This document shows, one piece after another, positions 1 through 7,408 of a stretch of 39,017 nt of DNA. Both the position numbers and the translations under genes were made by a program. Within the stretch, counting starts at the first letter, position 1. Each line of letters opens with the position of its first letter. This DNA is from a virus. The DNA lies in the IMG/VR virus record IMGVR_UViG_3300015242_000011, positions 1 through 39,017 of that record. One strand, 5' to 3'. The notes under the pieces were generated by a model, which ran no database searches, was not told the origin of the DNA, and worked only from the letters and a program-made list of their open reading frames with translations.

Positions 1-77
1 CGCCGGAGCCGTCGCCATCGCCGTAGCCGGAGCCGTAGCGGTCTCGAGAACCTGCGCCGTGCAGAGCGCTCACGTTC
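1..77. repeat. Terminal overlap (exact copy of 38941-39017) marking circular closure
   Basis: Base-by-base identity over exactly 77 nt. ORFs and the hexamer array continue sensibly across the junction. Confidence 0.97.
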
Positions 78-378
78 AGGACTTTCGCGACTTCTTCGTG
101 GAAGCGCGCGGCGCTCCGAGGATCTCGTTCCAGATCGCCTGGTCGCACTCGACGTCGGCGACCACCGCGAGCACGTGGATGCGCACGCGTCCGCAGAACT
201 TGAGCTCCGTCTTTTCGTCCTTGCCCTCGAGCGCTAGCGCACCGATGCCGCGGTTCGCGTCCCATCGGCGGACGTTGTGGCAGTCCGCCAGGACTGCGTA
301 GTCGCCCTCGCGGGTCAGGCGCCCGGCGAACACCCATCCTCGCTCGGCAATCACCACGTAAATCGTCGCGTCGCTCAT
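76..378 (-). CDS. Hypothetical protein (100 aa)
   Basis: ATG at 376-378 with AAGGGG upstream. Its TGA stop lies 2 nt before the GTG of the Gly-X repeat ORF across the junction. No domain recognised. Confidence 0.6.
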   Translation of the reverse strand: MSDATIYVVIAERGWVFAGRLTREGDYAVLADCHNVRRWDANRGIGALALEGKDEKTELKFCGRVRIHVLAVVADVECDQAIWNEILGAPRASTKKSRKS

Positions 379-420
379 CTCGACCCCTTTATGGTTGGAA
401 TGGAACTGAACTTCAGGTCG

Positions 421-445
421 TCGGGGCGCCCGGAATCGAACCGGG
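421..445 (-). other. tRNA-like 3' fragment (T-arm plus acceptor 3' strand), not a complete tRNA
   Basis: The minus strand reads CCCGG-TTCGATT-CCGGG-CGCCCCG-A. This is a canonical GGTTCGATTCC T-loop with a 5-bp stem, a 7-nt acceptor strand and a discriminator A. No 5' acceptor (CGGGGCG), D arm or anticodon arm is present upstream. Confidence 0.45.
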
Positions 446-664
446 ACAACGCTGCACGGCCACGTGCTACGCCTCGTAGATCACCGGGCGGATCGTCCGG
501 TGACTGTTTCTTCCGCTGTCTGAGGACAGCTGATCTGGTTCGTTCGTCCTTGGTGCACCTCCTGGTTGGTTGCGATCGAGAAGGTGCGGCGCCAGTGACT
601 GCGGGGGAGCGAGTCCACGGCCTGGTGAAGTCCGTGGCTCATCATCAGCGGCGCCGCGAAACGT

Positions 665-1075
665 TCAGCGCCGGCGGACTCGGCGCGCGGCCGCCTTCAC
701 CGGGCGGCGCTTCCTGCTGGTGTGGACCGCCTCGGCCTTAGCTTCGGCCGACCAGCCGTCGGGAGCCTGGATGTATGGGTCGCTCGTCTTGGTGTACGTC
801 GCGAGCAGGCCATCGATTACGTTCGACATGACCAAGGCGCGCACCATCGCCTCCCAATCGACATAGGTCCGCATACGGAGCTTGATGGTGCCGAACGACG
901 AGACGAGCTCGCCGGAGCAGGCCTGCACGGAGACGAACACGATGTCGCGTGCCTCTTCGGCGTCGAGCGTCGCGAGCGTCTTGCGGATGTGCGCTTTCTT
1001 CCAGCGACCGACGGTGCGGTTCTCGGTGGCTGTCGCGAGGATCTGCACGGGCAGCTTCTTTTCTGGCTCGGTCAC
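665..1075 (-). CDS. Hypothetical protein (136 aa), basic C-terminus
   Basis: GTG start in a GTGA overlap with the upstream stop. Last gene of the early-left operon. No domain recognised. Confidence 0.6.
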   Translation of the reverse strand: MTEPEKKLPVQILATATENRTVGRWKKAHIRKTLATLDAEEARDIVFVSVQACSGELVSSFGTIKLRMRTYVDWEAMVRALVMSNVIDGLLATYTKTSDPYIQAPDGWSAEAKAEAVHTSRKRRPVKAAARRVRRR

Positions 1076-1278
1076 TTGCGTCGTCCCTTCACGAGCTCAT
1101 GCGACTCGCGCTTGACCTTCGTTTCCACCAGTTCATAGACGCCGACCGTCTGTCCGTCGTCGATGGCTTCGATGTCGTCAGGCGTGTTGAAGAACGACAG
1201 CAGGTACTGGCCATCGCCATCGCCATCGCTCGCATCGTCCAGGATGACGAGCACTGTCTTCGGTAGCTTCTTGCTCAC
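1072..1278 (-). CDS. Hypothetical acidic protein (68 aa)
   Basis: GTGA overlaps at both ends. Contains (DG)3 encoded by (GCCATC)3 at 1210-1227. Confidence 0.55.
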   Translation of the reverse strand: MSKKLPKTVLVILDDASDGDGDGQYLLSFFNTPDDIEAIDDGQTVGVYELVETKVKRESHELVKGRRK

Positions 1279-1511
1279 GGTGTTCCTTTCGCGCGCCAGC
1301 GGTCGCGCCGCTGCGCTTGGGTGATGTCGGCGCGCAGATCGCGGTGTAGTCTCGCGACAGGAATCAGCGGCCGCGGGCCCTCAGGCGTTGGAAGGCGCGC
1401 GGCTGGGCCCGCGGCGGCTGATGCGGTGGCGGCGCGCATCTGAAGCAGCGCGCTGAGGAACAGCGGCGTGCATACGCCAAGCATATAGACGGCGGCGAAG
1501 AGGACGGTCAC
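1275..1511 (-). CDS. Small membrane protein (78 aa)
   Basis: Hydrophobic N-terminal segment VLFAAVYMLGVCTPLFLSALL. GTGA overlaps at both ends. Confidence 0.5.
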   Translation of the reverse strand: MTVLFAAVYMLGVCTPLFLSALLQMRAATASAAAGPAARLPTPEGPRPLIPVARLHRDLRADITQAQRRDRWRAKGTP

Positions 1512-1705
1512 GGCTTCCCCAGCTTCAGCGAGAGCTCGTGCGCCCGCCGTTGGTCAGCCGCGGATGCGACGGCATCAAGCATCGCGTCGCCGACACGCAG
1601 CATGAGGGCGCACGCCTCGGCGTTGGGGTGGCCGGTCGCGGCCAGGGCGCGGAGTTGATGGCCGAGTACCGTCGCGTCGCCGATATCGAGCGGCACGTTG
1701 ATCAC
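1508..1705 (-). CDS. Hypothetical protein (65 aa)
   Basis: Start moved to GTG 1703-1705, which forms a GTGA overlap with the upstream stop. The track ORF extension to 1828 overlaps the next gene. Confidence 0.45.
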   Translation of the reverse strand: MINVPLDIGDATVLGHQLRALAATGHPNAEACALMLRVGDAMLDAVASAADQRRAHELSLKLGKP

Positions 1706-1881
1706 GGCTTGACCTCGCGACAGATGGTCGAGTGGCAGCGCGGGCAGTTGGCCAGGAGGATGGTCTGCGGTGAGCCGGGCTCGTCGTTGTAGGTCGGCAT
1801 CGAGCCGATCTGCTCGAACGAGGCCCACAGCGCGTCGTCGGTCTTGGACGCCTCGTGGGAGGCGGTGCAGTCGTCGCGCAT
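1702..1881 (-). CDS. Hypothetical CxxC protein (59 aa, below the track cutoff)
   Basis: Read by hand: MRDDCTASHEASKTDDALWASFEQIGSMPTYNDEPGSPQTILLANCPRCHSTICREVKP. The ATG directly follows the upstream TAG (TAGATG). Confidence 0.45.
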   Translation of the reverse strand: MRDDCTASHEASKTDDALWASFEQIGSMPTYNDEPGSPQTILLANCPRCHSTICREVKP

Positions 1882-2052
1882 CTAGCGCTCCTTCCGACCG
1901 GCCGCGAGTGCCGACAGCTGGCGCGACATGACCTCGAGACGGGTGGGGCGCTGCCGATGGAACTGCACCGGCTCGTGCTCGTTGTCGCGGTCGAGGCGGC
2001 GCTCGAGCTCGCCCGACCAGTCGTCCTCGCCCGGGAACCCGCGGTGTGTCAC
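1882..2052 (-). CDS. Hypothetical protein (56 aa)
   Basis: Sequence VTHRGFPGEDDWSGELERRLDRDNEHEPVQFHRQRPTRLEVMSRQLSALAAGRKER, with GTG in a GTGA overlap. The remainder of the 187-aa track ORF is an Arg-rich shadow. Confidence 0.4.
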   Translation of the reverse strand: MTHRGFPGEDDWSGELERRLDRDNEHEPVQFHRQRPTRLEVMSRQLSALAAGRKER

Positions 2053-2156
2053 GCGAGCACCAGCCACGAGAGAACTTGCGCCGCGATGCCGATGACCACC
2101 GCGATGATGACGAGCCCGGCGGCGAGGTCCACCAGGTCGATGCGTCGGAGGTTCAC
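2049..2156 (-). CDS. Tiny single-pass membrane peptide (35 aa)
   Basis: Sequence VNLRRIDLVDLAAGLVIIAVVIGIAAQVLSWLVLA. GTG in a GTGA overlap with the stop of the HTH gene. Confidence 0.35.
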   Translation of the reverse strand: MNLRRIDLVDLAAGLVIIAVVIGIAAQVLSWLVLA

Positions 2157-2362
2157 GGCTGCACGCTCCGGCCAAGCGCGACCTGGAGGTGGTCGTGGAA
2201 CGTCGACTTCGGCATGTCGAGCGCGCGAGCCGCGGCGCGGACCGTCCGGTAGCGCTCCCACGCCTCGACGATGGAGGCCATGTGGATATGCTCAAGCGCG
2301 GGCAGGAGCTTGAGCGAACGGCGGTTGCGGCTGACGACCGCACCGGTGGCAGGGTCCCGCAT
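2153..2362 (-). CDS. Small helix-turn-helix DNA-binding protein (69 aa)
   Basis: HTH-like segment YRTVRAAARALDMPKSTFHDHL. The ATG directly follows the upstream TAG. Confidence 0.6.
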   Translation of the reverse strand: MRDPATGAVVSRNRRSLKLLPALEHIHMASIVEAWERYRTVRAAARALDMPKSTFHDHLQVALGRSVQP

Positions 2363-2542
2363 CTACGCGGCCTCCTCAACGACCGGTCGCACCCGCTCCC
2401 AGTGCCAGTCGAACGCCGCGCCGTTCTCACCGTCGAGGCACACACGGCACCACGAGCTGGTGACCAGCTTCACCCTGCCGAACTTGTAGGTGTTGAGGCC
2501 GACCTCGACCAGTACCCGGCTTCCAACTTCGATTCCCCGCAT
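2363..2542 (-). CDS. Hypothetical protein (59 aa), first gene of the early-left operon
   Basis: Read by hand: MRGIEVGSRVLVEVGLNTYKFGRVKLVTSSWCRVCLDGENGAAFDWHWERVRPVVEEAA. G/C at nearly all third codon positions. No SD upstream. Confidence 0.5.
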   Translation of the reverse strand: MRGIEVGSRVLVEVGLNTYKFGRVKLVTSSWCRVCLDGENGAAFDWHWERVRPVVEEAA

Positions 2543-2586
2543 TCAGTATCAGTACATGAGACGACCGAGACCGGTCAAGCGGTTTC

Positions 2587-2603
2587 GTCTCATTCGGTGA
2601 GAC
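2587..2603. promoter_or_regulatory. Operator-like palindrome GTCTCA-N5-TGAGAC (early-left promoter region)
   Basis: Perfect 6+5+6 palindrome. Extra half-sites are TGAGAC at 2557-2562 and GAGAC at 2567-2571. Minus-strand TTGACC at 2573-2578 lies 31 nt upstream of the ATG at 2542. Confidence 0.55.
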
Positions 2604-2615
2604 TGGCGAGATCGC

Positions 2616-2828
2616 TCAGCTAAGCTGAGGTGATCTGCTCGGTCTTCCACGCAGCAAGGTGCGGTCGTATCGCGCCAGCAGCTCCTGGGCGTCGACCACT
2701 TCGCGCATGCCCGACAGGACCTCTCGGAACTTGTCAGGGCTCGCCGTGGAGAGCCGCTCGGCCAACTTCACCCACTCGGCCTTCACGTCATCGCCGAGTA
2801 CTTCGCCTGTTGCCTGCACGTCGGTCAT
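2616..2828 (-). CDS. Stand-alone paralogue of the C-terminal domain of the CI-like protein (70 aa)
   Basis: Gap-free alignment of AEWVKLAERLSTASPDKFREVLSGMREVVDAQELLARYDRTLLRGR with EEWTELGDDLAKLDPDRFNEMLTALRAIVGATKTIDSAMRTMFRPR from 2948-3343, about 17/46 identical. Confidence 0.6.
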   Translation of the reverse strand: MTDVQATGEVLGDDVKAEWVKLAERLSTASPDKFREVLSGMREVVDAQELLARYDRTLLRGRPSRSPQLS

Positions 2829-2947
2829 TGGTATCGCCTCTGGCTACGCCGGTTGACCTTCCAGACGTAACACAGCCCTATGATGCTCGACGACGAACGT
2901 GGGATTTCGCGCCGCTCCGGAATGCCGGACCGGTGGAACCCCGGTGG

Positions 2948-3343
2948 CTACCGAGGACGGAACATCGTCCGCATTGCGCTGTCGATCGTCTTCGTCGCCC
3001 CGACGATCGCGCGCAGCGCGGTGAGCATCTCGTTGAACCGATCGGGGTCAAGCTTCGCGAGATCGTCGCCGAGCTCCGTCCATTCCTCGATTGCGCGCGC
3101 GATCTCCGAAGAGCGAATGCCTCGAGCATTCTCCTGCTTGACCACCCATTCTTCGAACTTGCGGAGCGTCGCGAGGCTCGCCTCGCCGTTGCGCAAGCGG
3201 AATGCGGTGGCTCGGCCGAACCCTGCTGCGATTACGGCGTCGATGAAGTCGGTACCGCTGTTGAGCCGCTCGAACCTGCGCGTGACGCGGTCAACATCTG
3301 CCTTAGCCGGCGCATTCGGCCTCGAGATCGGCTGCTTTTCCAT
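2948..3343 (-). CDS. CI-like repressor candidate (131 aa from ATG 3341-3343)
   Basis: HTH-like segment GFGRATAFRLRNGEASLATL. Divergent from the Cro-like gene across the operator. The track ORF extends to GTG 3400, so the start is uncertain. Confidence 0.55.
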   Translation of the reverse strand: MEKQPISRPNAPAKADVDRVTRRFERLNSGTDFIDAVIAAGFGRATAFRLRNGEASLATLRKFEEWVVKQENARGIRSSEIARAIEEWTELGDDLAKLDPDRFNEMLTALRAIVGATKTIDSAMRTMFRPR

Positions 3344-3403
3344 CGGTTCCCCGACGGTAACGGCGTAGACGGTCTCACCGACCCCAACGTTGGCTTGCAC
3401 CGA

Positions 3404-3420
3404 GTCTCAAAGCGTGAGAC
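3404..3420. promoter_or_regulatory. Operator-like palindrome GTCTCA-N5-TGAGAC (divergent CI-like/Cro-like intergenic region)
   Basis: Same 6+5+6 architecture as 2587-2603. An extra GTCTCA half-site is at 3372-3377. It sits between a TTGCAC hexamer (3395-3400) and the GTG at 3430. Confidence 0.6.
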
Positions 3421-3429
3421 TTATTCTCC

Positions 3430-3624
3430 GTGAAGTCCACACCAAATCGCATCAAGGCGCGACGCCAGGAACTCGGGCTCACCCTGCGACAACTCGCAAG
3501 TCGGCTCGGCACCACGAAGGATCGCGTGCATCGCATCGAGACCGGGGCGACTTCGCTCCGGATCGATGACCTCGCCGCGTGGGCCAAGGCTCTGAAGACT
3601 ACGCCGGCCGAGTTGCTCCCGTGA
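3430..3624 (+). CDS. XRE-family HTH protein, Cro-like (64 aa)
   Basis: Contains LGLTLRQLASRLGTTKDRVHRIETGATS. The GTG is the first start codon after the in-frame TGA at 3415-3417. No SD. Confidence 0.85.
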   Translation: MKSTPNRIKARRQELGLTLRQLASRLGTTKDRVHRIETGATSLRIDDLAAWAKALKTTPAELLP

Positions 3625-3632
3625 TGCTTGAG

Positions 3633-4232
3633 CTACGACTTGGCGCGCAGTATGTAGCAGCGCTCGGTGAGGATCTTGGCGTCAGCGCTCGAGCGCAGCG
3701 CTTCGATCCAGCGATCGCACGCATCCAGGCTCGTCGCGCATACGCGCACGTATCCACCGGTCAGCACCGACGATGTGTCGATGCAAGCCGTAGCCGTGCG
3801 CAGCGAGCACTCGCTGAGGGCGTCGAGGTTTCCAGCGAAGAGCTTCGTCGCGTAGCGCACTCGAGCATGGTTGCAGGCGACCAGCGAGTCATCGCAGCTG
3901 CCGTCACCACCGTCGACGACGCGATCGAAGCACCATGGCGGGGACTCGGTAATCCTGACTTCCGGCCCAGCCACTGGCCGATCCTGGCGCGGCAACATTC
4001 CGTAGTCGGTCGGAACCGTCTGCGCCGAACCAGGTGCGCCAGGCTGGTAGACGGGCGGCGGCCGATACGGAGATGGGCCGGGCGGCGGCCCTTGCGGCTG
4101 CTGGGGCTGCCCCGTCTCGCAGTGCGTCTGCACGCCACCGAACATCGGCGCGCTGTAGCAGCGTGTCTCCCCGGGAGCCAACGGCCGATGTGGGCACCCG
4201 GCCAGCAACACCACGATCACGATGGCTCGCAT
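3633..4232 (-). CDS. Cys-rich lipoprotein (199 aa), moron in the immunity region
   Basis: From ATG 4230-4232: signal peptide plus lipobox, MRAIVIVVLLAG|C. It has a Pro/Gln-rich linker and a C-terminal domain, 11 Cys in total. Convergent with the Cro-like gene. Confidence 0.7.
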   Translation of the reverse strand: MRAIVIVVLLAGCPHRPLAPGETRCYSAPMFGGVQTHCETGQPQQPQGPPPGPSPYRPPPVYQPGAPGSAQTVPTDYGMLPRQDRPVAGPEVRITESPPWCFDRVVDGGDGSCDDSLVACNHARVRYATKLFAGNLDALSECSLRTATACIDTSSVLTGGYVRVCATSLDACDRWIEALRSSADAKILTERCYILRAKS

Positions 4233-4285
4233 CGCCCCATCGTAACCGATCGCGACCTCAAGCCCGACAACATGGAGGCGCACCC

Positions 4286-4582
4286 ATGAGGTGTGTCATC
4301 GCGCCGATCGATCTCACGCCCGGCGCCGTGTGGGCGCGGCACACCGCGAGCGGCGACCGCCGTTACCACACCCTCGTTCGCGTCGAGCCCGACAGCATGT
4401 CGACGCCCTGCAATGGGCGTTTCTCGATGCGGGACTTCGAGCACGGTGACGCCTTCATCGAGGTGAACAAGACGCCGCCGGCGGCGGAGTGCTGCGGGAT
4501 GTGCCTCGCTGCGGTCGCGCCGATCGCCAGCGCGCGCGAGCTCGCCGCGGCGCTCAACGTCGGTAGGAGGCCGTCGTCATGA
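4286..4582 (+). CDS. Hypothetical protein (98 aa)
   Basis: ATG 4286 with GGAGG 8 nt upstream. The track ORF's 5' extension is an Arg-rich shadow. Confidence 0.6.
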   Translation: MRCVIAPIDLTPGAVWARHTASGDRRYHTLVRVEPDSMSTPCNGRFSMRDFEHGDAFIEVNKTPPAAECCGMCLAAVAPIASARELAAALNVGRRPSS

Positions 4583-5031
4583 CCACGATCGGCACGATTG
4601 AGACGATCCTTAGGATGTCGGAAATCCTCACGTCCCAGCAGGTGAACCTGCACTCGCACGATGGAACACGTGTCCATCGCGACCCGCACCATGATCAGAT
4701 CTTCTTCCTGATCAGCACGGTGCCGCATCTCCAGCGCGTGACGATCGGCGGCATGGATATCAACCTGCGGCAACGGGCCGAGCTCGTCGACTTCGTGCTC
4801 AGCAACGTAGCCGACGCTGCCGCCACACTTCGCGGCCGGGTGTTTCGCGAGCTCCTGTTCGGCTGGAAAGAGCGCCCGCTGCACCTCCTGGAGCATGACA
4901 AGCCTACCAGCGACGCCGAGACCATCACGCTCGCCGAGCGCCTCGGCGAGGCCCTGACCGCGATCGCGCGCGGTGACCTTGCCGAGCGCATCGGCACGCA
5001 GCTGCTGGAGCGCTTCCAGCGAGGCCTATGA
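4579..5031 (+). CDS. Hypothetical protein (150 aa)
   Basis: ATGA overlaps at both ends. No domain recognised. Confidence 0.65.
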   Translation: MTTIGTIETILRMSEILTSQQVNLHSHDGTRVHRDPHHDQIFFLISTVPHLQRVTIGGMDINLRQRAELVDFVLSNVADAAATLRGRVFRELLFGWKERPLHLLEHDKPTSDAETITLAERLGEALTAIARGDLAERIGTQLLERFQRGL

Positions 5032-5415
5032 TGCTGACCCGCAAGACACCGCTCCGCCGCAAGGCGTGGCTCCGCCCCCGATCGCGCACGTCGAAGTACC
5101 GGCGCCGCGAGCGCGATGTCCCGTTCATGAAGTGGGTCAAGCGCCAGCCGTGCGCGGTGCGCGCCGACCCTCCAGACCCGGACCGCATGACGCCGTGCAC
5201 GGGCCGCGTCGAGGCCGACCACCTGGGCGAGCGCGGGCTCGGCCAGAAGGCCTCCGACGACACGTGCGCGCCCCTGTGCTCGCAGCACCACCGCGAGCGC
5301 ACCGATCACGCCGGCGCGTTCTTCAACCTCACGCGCGACCAGCTGCGGCTGTGGCGGGCGCGGGCTCTGCACCGGACCACCGTCGCGTGGGCGATGCGTT
5401 CACAGGGAGAGCGCG

Positions 5416-5435
<20 letters not shown>
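5028..5435 (+). CDS. HNH-like phage nuclease candidate (DUF968/NinG-like pattern, 135 aa)
   Basis: Basic N-terminus. The Cys...Cys, ADHLG and CAPLCSQHH arrangement resembles lambdoid HNH-type proteins. Assigned from memory only. Confidence 0.5.
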
Positions 5436-6371
<936 letters not shown>

Positions 6372-6375
<4 letters not shown>

Positions 6376-7076
6376 GCCAAGACAACGACGACAACGACGA
6401 CGAACCAAAGCCGATCGGCGAAGCAGTCGCACTCGCGCCAGTCGTGAGCATTCTGACCGGGTCCTCGACGTGGACCGAAGAGCAGTGGGAAGCCCACGAG
6501 GAGCGAATCCGAGCCCAACGCGAAGGCCAGGACAAGCTCGAGCGAAGGGCCCAGCACGATGCTCGACTCGAGCGCTATGCGAGCAACGGCTTTCCACGCC
6601 GGGCGCTCTCCGCGTGCGAGCATATCGACGCCGAGAACCCGCTCGTGCGCCGCTGCGCGCGCTGGGACATCGCGAAGCACAACGTGCTCGTGCTATCGGG
6701 CGACAAGGGATGCGGCAAGACGGTCGCGGCGACGTGGTGGGCGCTCCAGCAGCGCATTCCGCCGCTGTTCAAGCGCGCCGCGATGCTCGCTGCGGAGTCG
6801 CGCTACGACCGCGAGGAGCGCAACGCTGTGCACGGCGCGCCCGGGCTCGTGCTCGACGACCTCGCCGTGGAATACCTCGACTCCAAGGGCTCGTTCCTCG
6901 CGGATCTCGATGTGCTGTTCGACGTGTACTACGGCGACCAGCGACCGCTGTTGATCACGACGAACCTGACCATCGACCAGTTCAAGAAGCGTTACGATTC
7001 TCGGATCGCAGACCGCATCCGCGAGTGTGGCTCGTGGTTCGCAAGTAAGGGAACATCGCTTCGGAGGGGAACATGA
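6372..7076 (+). CDS. DnaC/IstB-like AAA+ helicase loader (234 aa)
   Basis: Walker A GDKGCGKT, Walker B LVLDDL and ITTNL motif. Confidence 0.85.
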
Positions 7077-7408
7077 CCTCGCAAGACGCTCGTGGTGTGC
7101 TGTCGTTGCTGCTGGCCAGCTATCCCGACGCCAGGGTGTGCAAGGGCACGGTCGTCATCTTCGAGACCATGCTGCGCGACCTCCCTGTGGATGCTGTTCG
7201 AGCTGCCGTGGCGAAGCTCGTGGTCACAACGAGTGAGTGGCCAACGATCGCCGGCATTCGCGCGCTTTGCCTGACGCCTGGATCCGACCAGGCTGGCGCG
7301 CGCCCAGGGCTGCACGAGCAGGTCGAGGCGCGCGGCGAGCCTGACGCGTGGGACTGGACTACCGCGGGTGAGCTGATCGCGTGGCACAGCGCTAGGGGCG
7401 AGCCATGA
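7073..7408 (+). CDS. G39P-like helicase loader/inhibitor domain protein (111 aa)
   Basis: The pattern LLLASYPDARV...FETMLRDLP...EWPTIAGIRA resembles the SPP1 G39P family. ATGA-coupled. Confidence 0.5.
   Translation: MTSQDARGVLSLLLASYPDARVCKGTVVIFETMLRDLPVDAVRAAVAKLVVTTSEWPTIAGIRALCLTPGSDQAGARPGLHEQVEARGEPDAWDWTTAGELIAWHSARGEP

Noticed and set aside
1-77. Biological direct terminal repeat or cos end
   Set aside because: The exact 77-nt length matches a common assembler k-mer, and the break falls inside a tandem repeat. Genes read continuously across the junction. I treat it as a circularisation artefact unless read termini say otherwise.
481-645. 54-aa minus-strand ORF (MMSHGLHQAVDSLPRSHWRR...) in the 379-664 intergenic region
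   Set aside because: It has no SD. Third-position G+C drops markedly in its second half, and it overlaps predicted hairpins. The evidence is too weak to call a gene.
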